DNA of 64,000 nt from Candidatus Poribacteria bacterium (GCA_965215265.1 OZ244048.1:800001-864000); one strand, 5' to 3'. Positions 19,919-30,860 are shown, counted from the first letter of the stretch. Made by a program: numbers and translations. Notes: generated from the letters alone by a model not told the origin.

Positions 19919-20506
19919 GTGGGTGTAATAGGAGAAATAGTCATGCAAATCGCAAGACTTGTGCCGCGTAATATTAGACTACCTTCGGGTGAAAATTGCA
20001 CGTCCTTATGGAAAAGGCTGCCCGAGCAGCGGCACCGTACGCTATGGATAAAGCGAGCAATAGGAATATCAATCTTTCTTGCACTCTGTGGTTTGATCGC
20101 AGTCGCCGAAAAAAATGGGGCTCAACAACAAGGTATTACCTTGGCAGACCTTGGCGTAACGCCGGCACAGAAAACCCAAATTGAAGCGATGTGGACGCTG
20201 AAACGCCAGAAACAGATAAAGGCAGTCGAAGATTTGAAACGTTTGAATCGACTTTCGAAAGACTCACTGGCTACAGAAATGAAAATTAAAGAGACATTGG
20301 AAAAGATTCGTGCAGAACGGCAGGAGATGCAGCAACAGATCGAGCAGCATGAAGAAGAGTTGATTCAGACGTTGTTGCCACGTGCACAACTGCATCTGAC
20401 ACTCCTGGGCGTGTTGGATAATGGGCTGCCTCGCCGAATTGTGAAGCCACAATATGAGAAAACAACGCAAGAAACGCCGCCGAAAACGCGTGCAACCCAA
20501 AAATAA
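19919..20506 (+). CDS. Membrane-anchored helical protein, Spy/CpxP-like (start uncertain)
   Basis: One TM segment, then LGVTPAQKTQI (LTxxQ-like) and a coiled coil. Confidence 0.5.
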   Translation: MGVIGEIVMQIARLVPRNIRLPSGENCTSLWKRLPEQRHRTLWIKRAIGISIFLALCGLIAVAEKNGAQQQGITLADLGVTPAQKTQIEAMWTLKRQKQIKAVEDLKRLNRLSKDSLATEMKIKETLEKIRAERQEMQQQIEQHEEELIQTLLPRAQLHLTLLGVLDNGLPRRIVKPQYEKTTQETPPKTRATQK

Positions 20507-20516
20507 AAATAAAAAG

Positions 20517-20589
<73 letters not shown>

Positions 20590-20657
20590 ACGCGATGATC
20601 TAATTATCTTAATTATACCATATCTACACCGGAAATGCAAATTTTTTTTAAAGAATT

Positions 20658-21491
20658 ATGAAAACGCACAAACCAGACCTATTTTTTGATTTCGCCAGGC
20701 AACCAGATAACGAGATTGATTTGGCAACGGGCGCACTACTTATTGCACAAAGCAGTTACCCAGAACTGAATATAGATACTTATCTGCAGCAACTGGATGA
20801 GATGGCAGACGTTGTGAGGCAACGTCTCAATGGCGTAACCCTCCCGGACCACCAGATCGCTCAATTGAATCGCTATCTCTTTACGGAACAACTTTTTAGA
20901 GGCGACTATGAAAACTACGGTGCCTTGGATAATAACTTCATCAACGCTGTACTGGATAGGAAAATCGGGATGCCGATTACTCTCTCTATTGTCTACATTG
21001 AAGTCGGTAAACGGGCTGGTTTACCACTCGTGGGTGTCAATTTCCCGACCCATTTTATTGTAAAATACAAGCGCCAATACCTCGATATTTTTATTGACCC
21101 ATCTCAGTCTGGAATGCACATGTCAGAACTACTCCTTGAAGAAAAATTAAGCGAAAACCTCGGAAAATCAGTAGAGCTCGAATCGAGTATGTTATTAGAA
21201 GCGACCCCTAGGGAGATCTTAGCACGTATGTTACGGAATCTCATACGTGCCTACACGCACCTTGAACAAGAGGATAAGGCATTGCAAGCTGCACAACGCA
21301 TCACATGGCTCCTCCCGAAATCTGCGGTGGACCTTCAACACTTCGGCTTCCTACTTTGTAAAAATCATGCATACAACGACGCAATTTCTACTTTTGAAAA
21401 ATGCATCGAACTAGAAGAAGATCTAACAGAGGTGGCGATGCTTGAGGAAAATATCCAACTTGCTCGCCAATTCCTCGCACGATTCAATTAG
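20658..21491 (+). CDS. SirB1-family transglutaminase-like/TPR protein
   Basis: VLDRKIGMPITLSIVY, GVNFPTHF, ILARMLRNL, C-terminal TPR. Confidence 0.9.
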   Translation: MKTHKPDLFFDFARQPDNEIDLATGALLIAQSSYPELNIDTYLQQLDEMADVVRQRLNGVTLPDHQIAQLNRYLFTEQLFRGDYENYGALDNNFINAVLDRKIGMPITLSIVYIEVGKRAGLPLVGVNFPTHFIVKYKRQYLDIFIDPSQSGMHMSELLLEEKLSENLGKSVELESSMLLEATPREILARMLRNLIRAYTHLEQEDKALQAAQRITWLLPKSAVDLQHFGFLLCKNHAYNDAISTFEKCIELEEDLTEVAMLEENIQLARQFLARFN

Positions 21492-21809
21492 GAACGGTTT
21501 GACAGCCCCTTTGAATATGTGTTAATATGTTATTATGAGTCTGATTGGAAAACCACAATTTGCCGGTGAAATACACAACTGAAAATAAATTCAGCAACCC
21601 TCTACGTGAAGACAGTACAAAATTAACGATGGTTCTACCCATTAAAAACAACAAACCGGTAAATTTCAAATATCACGAAGCCCCGTTCCGGGATTGCATT
21701 TGCTCTGAACAAAAATTTTCCGGTGAGATGGATTGTTTATTTACGTATAGACAGTTGTTGGGTTTGAGAACTACCTCCCTAACATTCTAATCGCGATTCC
21801 AAACAAAGG

Positions 21810-23138
21810 TTGTTAACAAAATTGAGATACTCAGATTTTTTAAGGTTACGTGCTTTCGGGCTTTTGCTCTTAATTGGAGGGCTGTGCAGCTTTCCAATTG
21901 GTGAAGTTGCCTCAGAACCCGAGACGACAGAAATATCAGAAACCCGCTTCCCTAAACCACACAACAACTTCGCAACGGTTCCTGTTGCGGATGGCAGTTC
22001 CGATAACTATCAAAACGCTATTCCATCTGCTTTTGATAGTGTAGCAGCCCCCAAACACGCTACATCTGCTAAAAACCCTGGTACCAGCATTAACTTATCT
22101 ACATATAAATTGCAAATCGGTGACACGTTTGTGGTAACAGTTGAAGGATACCCAGAGTATAGCAAAGAACGGACCCCTATTCCGATCCAGCGTGACGGTT
22201 ACATTTCTTACCCTCTCATCGGTATTATCGAGGCGATAGGGTTAACGGTTTCCGAACTCGAGTCGCGGATGCAAAAGGCTTTTTCGCAACACCTGCAGAA
22301 TCCACGTGTGTTCGTAACACTTATGCAAACCAGACGCAACATTCTCGTGCTGGGAGCCATAGAAATGAGGGCAAGAGGAAATCCGCATGTCTTTGAAACA
22401 GGGCAGGTTTATCTCATGCATGCCTTAGCGGCGGCAGGCATCAACTATGAACTCGCAGATCTTACCAAGATTACTATCTGGCGCGATGGAAAACTTTACA
22501 AACAGGTAGATTTCCTAAAACTTCTTGAGGCAGGTGGCCCCGATATTCCACTCATAGACTATGATGTAATCATTATCCCCTCCATTTTCCAGCAACGGCC
22601 GATCCGGGTTATCGGTGCAGTCGTGGCACCTGGTATCTATCCGATCCGCTCACAGCAGATTCCGGCGATTCAGGCTTTAAAACTCGCCGGGGGGTCCAGA
22701 GCCGATTTCGCAGATCTGAGCAAGGCTGAAATCATCACGAACACCGAACGTATCTCTGTTGACTTGACAGCTGATAACGTGGATTCAATGTTGGGAGCGG
22801 GCGATACCTTATACATACCGCTCGCTGAAGCAAAAATTAGCATTATTGGTGCCGTAGATAAACCTGCCGAATACATTGTCACTGAACCTGTGCTTTTAGC
22901 AAAAGCAATTGCCATGGCAGGTGGATTGGACGAAGAGCGAGCAAACCCGAAAAAATGCATCTTGACGCGCGCAGATGGGACACAAGAGGAAATTAACTTT
23001 GATTTGATGCACTCAGAAATTTATCTCTACCCTAACGATCAACTCCGCGTTCGGGAACGCACGCGAATCGATTGGCGCGTCTTAAATTTTGCAGCATCTG
23101 CCGCCAGTCTCGTTGTTAACGTCTTGCTAAGATTTTAG
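21810..23138 (+). CDS. Polysaccharide export protein (Wza/Poly_export with SLBB domains)
   Basis: YKLQIGD, DGYISYPLIG, repeated GAV..PG..Y and ALxxAGG SLBB motifs. Confidence 0.88.
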   Translation: MLTKLRYSDFLRLRAFGLLLLIGGLCSFPIGEVASEPETTEISETRFPKPHNNFATVPVADGSSDNYQNAIPSAFDSVAAPKHATSAKNPGTSINLSTYKLQIGDTFVVTVEGYPEYSKERTPIPIQRDGYISYPLIGIIEAIGLTVSELESRMQKAFSQHLQNPRVFVTLMQTRRNILVLGAIEMRARGNPHVFETGQVYLMHALAAAGINYELADLTKITIWRDGKLYKQVDFLKLLEAGGPDIPLIDYDVIIIPSIFQQRPIRVIGAVVAPGIYPIRSQQIPAIQALKLAGGSRADFADLSKAEIITNTERISVDLTADNVDSMLGAGDTLYIPLAEAKISIIGAVDKPAEYIVTEPVLLAKAIAMAGGLDEERANPKKCILTRADGTQEEINFDLMHSEIYLYPNDQLRVRERTRIDWRVLNFAASAASLVVNVLLRF

Positions 23139-23341
23139 ATAGCCTGCAACAGAGAAGCAAACTGTGCACACTTCAATCATTCAAAGAATTCACAAACCCC
23201 CAAGCAACAAGCAGCAATTTACCAGATCAACGCTACGAATTTTCGCACGCAATTAAGCGTTAAGCACAGAAGTCCTTGTAGTTTTGATGCACACTGAGAG
23301 AAGGGGTTTGAAAACCAAAGAGAAAAAACATGAGGTAATCT

Positions 23342-25768
23342 ATGCCAGAAACCATTGATAGGCACCTTGAAGAAATTAGGGAAATCCGATTATCAGACTA
23401 CTTTTGGATACTTTTTCGGAATAAATGGAGTGTCATCTGCATTTTTTTGCTCACCATTTCCGCGGCGTTTCTTGTAACTGACTTCACTCCACCGGTTTAT
23501 CAGGCAGAGACAACAATTCGCGTTGTTGACAGCCAACAAGCACCTTCGTTCCTCTCACAGATCCCGTTATCCGGATTATTTGGAAGTACTTCATTAGGGG
23601 CTTATGCAGCCCAATTGCAGTCCCGTGACCAAGTCATCGCACCCACCGTACGGCAAATGAGGACCGAAGGTTTATTAGAACCTTTGCCGATCCACCGGGC
23701 AAAGTCTCTCGTATGGGTTGCTAACATGCTTAACATTGAACTCGCACAAGACGCTACAGAACAAGGAGAACTCAGCCTAACAGAGTGGGAGGACTTCTTC
23801 ATCAAAACCCTTATTGATGAACAATTAAAAGTTGAAGAATCGCCAGACGGCAATGTGATTACCGTTACAGTACAACAACGGACTCCGGAACGGGCACAGC
23901 AGCTAAGCAATCGGATTGTCGCCGTCTTTCAACAACTTGTTGAGGCAGAAACAAAAAAACAGATACAGTGGTGGGAAAAACAGAAACCGCAAGCGATGCT
24001 GACGCAAACGAAGCAGAACCTTAAAACCGCTGAAGAGGAACTCTTTCAATTTCAGCGAGATTATCCAGAAATTACCTTAAATGTAGAGGGAAATACACAC
24101 GCGCAGCTTATCCTAGCCCTACAACTAAACGAAAATGAGTTAAGCGGGCTCTTGTCAGGTGCCGAATTGAAACTTTCAGCCTATCAAGAGGAATTGGAGA
24201 AACTTGAGGAGGATTTAGTATCCGAAACAGTCACAACAAATCCTTCATACTCCAGACTAAAAGACAATTTGCACGAATATGAGATCGAACGCTCAGGGCT
24301 CATCGGAAAATACGATGAAACGCACCCTGATATTGCCGCTTTGGATAAAAAAATTGCCGAAACAGAAACACGATTGGCTGAGGAGGAAAAACAGATAACC
24401 AGTACAACCACGGCTTACAACCCATTACACCAGATGCTCTCTGAAAAAATCAATGAAGCAGATGCAACAATTAAGAGCCTTGTAGAGCAGCAGGCAAAAG
24501 TCGCTAACCAGATTAAAAGTCTCCTCGCGCAACTTAGCACCTGGTCAGAGATGCAGATGCGCTTGTTCCGGCTCAAAAGAGATGTTGAAATTTACAACGC
24601 ACAGGTTGTTGCATTAGAAACAAGAATGCAGGAGTCTGAAATTATCACCGAAGCACGGACAGAAGCGATTAAGGTCTTAGATATGGCACGGGCCCCCGAA
24701 GAACCCATCAAACCGCGGATGAAACTCAGTCTCGTTTTGGGAGGACTACTTGGCGCGATACTCGGTTTCACCTTTGCTGTTGCAAAGAACTACTTCCAAG
24801 ATACATACTTAAGGTTAGAAGAGGCTGTCCGGCAATTGGAATCTCTCCCGGCACCGCCGAGTTTCCTTGGTGTGATTCCGTCCATGAAAAAAAGCCGCTC
24901 AGACCTATCACCTCTGATTGTTCATGGTGCACCTAGTTCCACAGCTGCTGAAGCGTTCCAAGTACTCCAAGCGAAGCTGCCCTTTCTGAAACCCGGGAGT
25001 GAACTGAAAACCGTGCTCGTTACCAGTGCCACACGCGGTGAAGGGAAAAGCACCATCTCCGCGAATTTGGCCGCAGTAATTGCACAAAACGGAAATAAAG
25101 TACTACTAATAGATGCAGATATGCGCCGGCCTTCCCAGCATAAGGCTTTTCCTATAGCCATGCAGAACGAATCCGACTCATCAGCAAACAGCCTTGAGAC
25201 ATCTGAAAATAACGGGACCGACTACGATACTTCTGATCAAACAGACACGTCATCTCATACACCGCACCGGCGTTCTCAAAATAACATACAAAGAAAATTC
25301 CGCAAACCCGGGCTAAGCGAAGCACTCATTCATATCACGCCACAAAACGGATACGACGTGTTTCAAGCGACAGTTAAATCTACCGGTATTCCGAATTTGC
25401 ATCTCGTATCCGGCGGCACTGTGCCACCGAATCCAGTTGAACTTCTGAATTCAGAAATGATGACACAATGGCTCGAATTGGCAAAATCGGATTACGATGT
25501 TGTTGTGATTGACTCGCCACCTGTCCGTGCTGTCGCAGACCCCGTAATTCTTGCGACCATCGTTGACGCTGTCGTTTATGTATTTGACATCACAAAAACC
25601 CGACGCTTTGATATGCTCACAGGAGTACGCCACCTGACAGAAATCTTACCGACGCAGGGCATTGGAGTCCTCTGTAATATGATTAATCCCAAACATGCTA
25701 AATCCTATGGGTACTACGGCCGCCATACGAGTTCCTACGAGATGGGAGATGAAGATAGTGACTCATAG
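23342..25768 (+). CDS. wzc: Wzc-type polysaccharide co-polymerase / tyrosine autokinase
   Basis: Two TM helices flanking a coiled coil; GEGKST, IDADMRRP, VIDSPP; C-terminal YGYY. Confidence 0.9.
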   Translation: MPETIDRHLEEIREIRLSDYFWILFRNKWSVICIFLLTISAAFLVTDFTPPVYQAETTIRVVDSQQAPSFLSQIPLSGLFGSTSLGAYAAQLQSRDQVIAPTVRQMRTEGLLEPLPIHRAKSLVWVANMLNIELAQDATEQGELSLTEWEDFFIKTLIDEQLKVEESPDGNVITVTVQQRTPERAQQLSNRIVAVFQQLVEAETKKQIQWWEKQKPQAMLTQTKQNLKTAEEELFQFQRDYPEITLNVEGNTHAQLILALQLNENELSGLLSGAELKLSAYQEELEKLEEDLVSETVTTNPSYSRLKDNLHEYEIERSGLIGKYDETHPDIAALDKKIAETETRLAEEEKQITSTTTAYNPLHQMLSEKINEADATIKSLVEQQAKVANQIKSLLAQLSTWSEMQMRLFRLKRDVEIYNAQVVALETRMQESEIITEARTEAIKVLDMARAPEEPIKPRMKLSLVLGGLLGAILGFTFAVAKNYFQDTYLRLEEAVRQLESLPAPPSFLGVIPSMKKSRSDLSPLIVHGAPSSTAAEAFQVLQAKLPFLKPGSELKTVLVTSATRGEGKSTISANLAAVIAQNGNKVLLIDADMRRPSQHKAFPIAMQNESDSSANSLETSENNGTDYDTSDQTDTSSHTPHRRSQNNIQRKFRKPGLSEALIHITPQNGYDVFQATVKSTGIPNLHLVSGGTVPPNPVELLNSEMMTQWLELAKSDYDVVVIDSPPVRAVADPVILATIVDAVVYVFDITKTRRFDMLTGVRHLTEILPTQGIGVLCNMINPKHAKSYGYYGRHTSSYEMGDEDSDS

Positions 25769-25790
25769 CCATACCGCTTACTAAATGGAA

Positions 25791-25818
25791 AAGGCAGCGA
25801 ACGGCTGTTCACTGCCTT
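25791..25818. terminator. Hairpin terminator between convergent wzc and SIMPL genes
   Basis: aaggcagcgaac-ggct-gttcactgcctt. Confidence 0.6.
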
Positions 25819-25848
25819 CTCTATGAGAGGTATGCTAACTGCTCCATT

Positions 25849-26589
25849 TCATTCAATCTCATAAACCACCGTGATGTTGACAGTGACAGTGAGCTCACCG
25901 GCTTGAATCGGTGTAGCAGTCTGCCTCAAATCAGCGGATGCCGCTTCATCATAAGCAATTGGGGACGGTCCAGAGGCATCGGTTACCTCAGAAATGGAAA
26001 CCGGTTTTCCAAGTGTCACGCCGCTCTCTTGTGCCAGGGTTCTAGCTTTCGCCTCTGCATCTTTAACTGCGAGCATACGTGCGTGCGTTGCTAATTCGCT
26101 GCTATCTTCAATTGCGAATTGAATTGAGTTAATAACCGCTAAATCTCCGCCGGCTCCAGCCGCATCGTCTATAATCTGGCTGAGGTTGTCAAGAGCTCGA
26201 ATCTTTGCTGTGACGTTGTTGCTCACGTTATAACCACGCAGTATTCGCTTCCCGTTGTTGTAGTCGTAAGCGGGTGAGATGTTGAACATCTGCGTTTGAA
26301 TGTCGGTTTCAGCAATGCTGTTGCTTTTCAAGGAATCCAACACCGCTGTCATTGCAGCTGCAGCTGCCTCCCGGGCTTCAGCAACGGTTGGCTTCTCAAC
26401 GTTCACCCCTAAACGAAGCATGGCGATATCGGGTTTACCCACAACGGAACCACTCCCAGCGACGTGTATCTGTCTACTATCCTCCGGAACTAGTAAAAAC
26501 GTCGTGGTGAGTTGTGAATCACACGCTGTAAAGGTCGTTATTCCTACCAATATACTTATACATAATAGGGAAAATTTTAATCTGTGCAT
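25849..26589 (-). CDS. SIMPL (DUF541/YggE) domain lipoprotein
   Basis: V.G.G.V..KPD.A...LGV, DIQT, AV.DA..KA..LA, V.VVY.I. Confidence 0.92.
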   Translation of the reverse strand: MHRLKFSLLCISILVGITTFTACDSQLTTTFLLVPEDSRQIHVAGSGSVVGKPDIAMLRLGVNVEKPTVAEAREAAAAAMTAVLDSLKSNSIAETDIQTQMFNISPAYDYNNGKRILRGYNVSNNVTAKIRALDNLSQIIDDAAGAGGDLAVINSIQFAIEDSSELATHARMLAVKDAEAKARTLAQESGVTLGKPVSISEVTDASGPSPIAYDEAASADLRQTATPIQAGELTVTVNITVVYEIE

Positions 26590-26701
26590 TCAAAATCTCC
26601 TTTAAGAATTGGCGAGACAAATTACAAATCCGGTCTGTCCTCTACACAGATGCTCGCCGTGCAAAAACGCTTGATGCGACTCATGCCTAAAATCGGGTTA
26701 A

Positions 26702-27844
26702 CTAATTACTCTCTTCAGGAATCACGAGCCGCGTCCGCCCCGTCAGGAGCTCCTGCATCATCGCCAGTTTGATGTCGCGCGTCTTCTCAACCTGTTTCTC
26801 CAGTGCAGCTAGCTCCCCATCCATATCCGATAATACCTCCGCGATGGCACGTTGCTCGGCAAGTAGCGGAAACCTAATCTCCAATGGCATCAAGTCAGTA
26901 GGATAAATGTGGGGTTGGACACCTCCTGTTTGTGCTTTATAAATGGTTTGTTGTAAAAATCGCAGATGATAATAGATAAAATCAATTAAAAAGCTGGAGT
27001 TTTCGCTAATAGTTAAGCAATCCGAAGCGAAGATTGGTTGATGATAGAGTGAAACAAACCCAGCACTCGCTCCAGAGCCACTAATAGTAATGGTCTTACC
27101 AGTACGATTGGCAGCATTGTGAAAGTACGCAGGTTTCTTACCACCAGCGATGACAGGAATGGGTCCAGGCACGACATCCTTCTGGGTAATAGGGGATCCC
27201 CTTTGAATCTCTGTAATCTCCCCTAATCGCTTCGTCTGCCACTCGTCTGTGAACCCCGGCAGTCGCGTTTTACCCGTCAGCAGTTGCTGCATCGCCGCGA
27301 GTTTTATCGCCTGCTTCTTTGCAATCAGCGCCTCCAACGAGTTGATGAGTCCATCCACATCCGATAAGACTTCCGCGATGGCAGCTTGTTCTTTTATATT
27401 TTCAGGAAAACGAACAACCATCCCACGGAATTTTGGCAGGCTTATGACATACCGCGTTCCACTCCCATCACACTCTCTGCTGGCTTGATCGAGGAATCCC
27501 TTCGTGTCAAAAACATAAGCACGAAAGCGAAGGTCCCAATTCGTTTTCAAACGCAACCGGATAACGTGATAACTATAAACACCATCCGGAATATCCTCCA
27601 TTGCTACCGCACAGCGACCTATATCTTCACGTATCTCCGAGGAGGGCGTGAAGAAAATATCACCCTTTTCAACTGCAAAGCGCCGAACCTGATCCGGTTT
27701 CGCTGTAACATAGTGCGTCAAATCTTTTGAATACAAAAAGGTCTTGTTGTAGACATCAAGATAGTTCACAAGCCGGACAGGCAACTCATCACGACTCACT
27801 TTTTTGTTAACTCCAGTTCCTGTTATGTCACCAATTTCCCCCAA
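26702..27844 (-). CDS. hsdS: Type I R-M specificity subunit (5' end problematic; frame open back to 27937)
   Basis: Two TRDs; EQxAIAEVLSD.D and MQ.LLTG.TRL twice; WQTKRLGEI twice. Confidence 0.92.
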   Translation of the reverse strand: MGEIGDITGTGVNKKVSRDELPVRLVNYLDVYNKTFLYSKDLTHYVTAKPDQVRRFAVEKGDIFFTPSSEIREDIGRCAVAMEDIPDGVYSYHVIRLRLKTNWDLRFRAYVFDTKGFLDQASRECDGSGTRYVISLPKFRGMVVRFPENIKEQAAIAEVLSDVDGLINSLEALIAKKQAIKLAAMQQLLTGKTRLPGFTDEWQTKRLGEITEIQRGSPITQKDVVPGPIPVIAGGKKPAYFHNAANRTGKTITISGSGASAGFVSLYHQPIFASDCLTISENSSFLIDFIYYHLRFLQQTIYKAQTGGVQPHIYPTDLMPLEIRFPLLAEQRAIAEVLSDMDGELAALEKQVEKTRDIKLAMMQELLTGRTRLVIPEESN

Positions 27845-27937
27845 TCGCTTCGTCTGCCACGCCCCGCTGAACCGCTTTGGGGAGGGCTTGAAATCACGCG
27901 AACTGTCCGACTCACACGGAGCTTGGGTTGTGTTTGC

Positions 27938-30487
27938 TCATATCCCTGTCCACTCTATCCCCATATTTTTCAGATGCACTTCCAGCTGCGCGCTGAACGC
28001 TGACACTTTGACGGCTAATTCTCGCAACGGCATCGCATAACGCCCCGCCAACCCCTGCACACTCCCCGTCAACGCTTGCGTCACCCCTTCTATTTCCGCC
28101 TCAATCGCCCCATGGATACTGGCTAACCACTTCCCTTCCACTACCAACGTCTTAATCTCTATTTCGCGCAGCTCCGCATACTTCCCAAGCACCGAAACCG
28201 CCAGCGCCTCTGATGTCTCTTTCTGCAGCCGCTGCAGGCGCGTCTCCTCCCCTATCAGCTGCAGATACTCATAAAGAACGTCCAATTCCGCAAACAGACA
28301 CCCGGCATCCTTCACGCCCTTCGTCCAGGCGCAAGCACCGAAACTCGCTTTCTTAATCGCTTTCGCCTGTTCAGACGCAGCAGTGCCTTCAGCAAACTCC
28401 CTCAAAATAATGTCCCTATACTCCATCACGCGCTGTAGCACATTCCCCTTGCTTATGCCTCGCGCCCCTTCAAGCCCAGCCAGCGCACCACCCTCTGCGG
28501 CGTGTTCCTCAACGAACGCCTCAACTTCCTGCGCTGCCCTTTCATGCGACGCTTGGAGGCACTCTATAGCCGCCTGCTCATCCGAAAAGTAGCGTGCAAC
28601 AATCAGACCCGGCGGTATCAGATCCAGCTTATATTTCTTGCGCTTGACGACGAGGTCCGGTGCCTCCTTGATCCGCTTATCCTGAATCAGCGCGCGCGGT
28701 TTCACCCCTTCACGCCACCCCTCGGCAGCGATAAGATACACATCGTCCTGCATCACCGCTTCCCAATAATCCATCAATCCTTGGTAGACATCATACGCAT
28801 CCAGCAGCGGCGCGTCTGCAAAGTACGTCAGTAAATCCGCAGACAACGCATCAATTACCGCTTTAGGCGATGTCCCTACCTCAATGCCAAACAGACGCCG
28901 CGTGTGAACCTCACGCCAAGCGTGAAAACACCTCTCAACCCCCCGCCGGTAAACTTCTAACTCATGATGTCCTACTATCGTGCTTTTCACTTCTTCTGCT
29001 TCCACGCGCACATCGCTATAGCCCGGCCGGATGCCACTCTCAAACAACTCCTCACGTAATGTCGGGAATACCTTCCAATACCCCTCCAAGCTGGCAAGCT
29101 CACTCTCAGGAATCCCACCGTTCAGGTGGGCATCCAAGTCATGCAAATCTTCCGCCTCGCTCGCATCTAGATAGCGCGGGATGTTCAGATTGTAGGCGTT
29201 CGCGGCACTCGCAATCTCAGACACGGGCACCAGCCGCGCATAACCCGCCATCTCCCGCTGTTCGGTGAACACCCTCACTATTTTATCAATATCTCGCGCA
29301 CGCAGCCTATTCTTGTTACCCGCCTTCAGGAACCCCCGGCTCGCATCTATCAGGAAGATGCCACGGCGCGCAGGCGCCTTCTCCTTGTCAATAACCAGAA
29401 TACACGCGGGAATGCCGGTACCGTAGAACAGATTCGCAGGCAACCCGATTATCCCCTTGATGAACCCACGCTTGACCAACGCTTTCCGAATCTCCCCTTC
29501 TCTATTCCCTCTAAACAACACGCCATGCGGCAAGATTATCGCCCCCTTCCCGTTGCTCTTCAACGAGGCGAGGAAATGGAGCAGAAAAGCATAATCTCCA
29601 TTCTTCGCAGGCGGCACTCCATACGCAAAACGGCCATAAGCGTCATGCACAGGATTCAGCCCGTTTGACCACGCTTTGTCCGAGAACGGCGGATTCGCAA
29701 CCGCAAAATCGAACGTCTTCAAACCATGCTCCGCGTTCAGAAAGTAGGGCGCGGAGAGCGTGTTACCATGCCAGAGCTCCGCCGTCGCCGTATCGTGCAA
29801 AATCATGTTCATCCTGGCCAGCGCGTAAGTCGCATGATCCTTCTCTTGTCCGTAAACCGACAACCCCCGCGGCGCCTCCGCATTTGCCCTCAGCAACAGA
29901 GACCCGGAGCCACACGCTGGATCATAGACAGTCCTATATTGGGGCGTGTCTGGGCCGATGCCGATAACTTTTGCCACTACGCGCGACACTTCCGCAGGGG
30001 TGTAGAATTGTCCCTTACTCTTCCCTGACTCCGTCGCGAAATGCCGCATCAAATACTCATACGCGTCACCCAGCAGATCCTCAGCCGATGCCCTATGCCC
30101 CCGTAAATCAAGCCCCTCAAAAATAGAAACCAGTTTCGAGAGCCGGTCCTGCATCTCTTTCCCTCTGCCCAGTTTGCTCTCATCGTTAAAATCCGCCTGA
30201 TCTATCACACCTTTCAGTTCATTGGCGTCTGCCAGTCTTCCGATGATTTTATTGATTTTGTCACCGATGTCTTTGTTCCCCTTCAACTTCACCATATCGG
30301 AGAACCCCCCGCCAGGGGGAACCACAATCAGCGTCGCATCCCCAGGCACTGCCGCCTTATCCGACACGGACTTCAGGAAAAGCAGTGTCAGCACATAGTC
30401 TTTGTATTGTGACGCGTCCATCCCACCGCGCAGCTCATCGCAGCTCGCCCATAGAGACGCGTAAAGTTGTGATTTCTTTATTCCCAT
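27938..30487 (-). CDS. hsdM: Type I R-M methyltransferase subunit (long form)
   Basis: LW..CDELRG, GQFYTP, YDPACGSG, ANPPF, YNLNIPRY. Confidence 0.96.
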   Translation of the reverse strand: MGIKKSQLYASLWASCDELRGGMDASQYKDYVLTLLFLKSVSDKAAVPGDATLIVVPPGGGFSDMVKLKGNKDIGDKINKIIGRLADANELKGVIDQADFNDESKLGRGKEMQDRLSKLVSIFEGLDLRGHRASAEDLLGDAYEYLMRHFATESGKSKGQFYTPAEVSRVVAKVIGIGPDTPQYRTVYDPACGSGSLLLRANAEAPRGLSVYGQEKDHATYALARMNMILHDTATAELWHGNTLSAPYFLNAEHGLKTFDFAVANPPFSDKAWSNGLNPVHDAYGRFAYGVPPAKNGDYAFLLHFLASLKSNGKGAIILPHGVLFRGNREGEIRKALVKRGFIKGIIGLPANLFYGTGIPACILVIDKEKAPARRGIFLIDASRGFLKAGNKNRLRARDIDKIVRVFTEQREMAGYARLVPVSEIASAANAYNLNIPRYLDASEAEDLHDLDAHLNGGIPESELASLEGYWKVFPTLREELFESGIRPGYSDVRVEAEEVKSTIVGHHELEVYRRGVERCFHAWREVHTRRLFGIEVGTSPKAVIDALSADLLTYFADAPLLDAYDVYQGLMDYWEAVMQDDVYLIAAEGWREGVKPRALIQDKRIKEAPDLVVKRKKYKLDLIPPGLIVARYFSDEQAAIECLQASHERAAQEVEAFVEEHAAEGGALAGLEGARGISKGNVLQRVMEYRDIILREFAEGTAASEQAKAIKKASFGACAWTKGVKDAGCLFAELDVLYEYLQLIGEETRLQRLQKETSEALAVSVLGKYAELREIEIKTLVVEGKWLASIHGAIEAEIEGVTQALTGSVQGLAGRYAMPLRELAVKVSAFSAQLEVHLKNMGIEWTGI

Positions 30488-30642
30488 ATCTCAATGCCTA
30501 TCCTTACTGGATGCTTTATTACAAGCAAGCCATAAAAAAGTCATCCCTAAAACGGTAGCGATGACGCGCCTTTAAACGGTTTACGGCGTTTGCCGGCAAT
30601 TCCAACGGGAACCTCCGGGTCCCCGCTCTCCTATTTTAAATT

Positions 30643-30671
30643 ATTATACCATTTTAACAGATAAAAATCAA
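30643..30671 (-). promoter_or_regulatory. hsdM promoter
   Basis: TTGATT-17-TATAAT on the minus strand; 25/29 identical to 35947-35975. Confidence 0.65.
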
Positions 30672-30860
30672 CTGGCTCTGATTTTTTCTTGCTTAATTTT
30701 CTAATCTGTGTTAGTATACCTATTACATCACTAGTAGCGAACATCACCCCATCTCAACCGAGTGATGAGATGAGGAGTGATGTCTCCACTAGTAACATAA
30801 ACGCATTAACTCACATATCAAACTAGGATTTGTACCCTATTGTGGTAAAAGGAATAAACC

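Noticed and set aside
27938-27940. Selenocysteine recoding at the hsdM TGA
   Set aside because: Only a weak 4-bp hairpin downstream, and no Cys-equivalent catalytic position is expected in an M-S linker.
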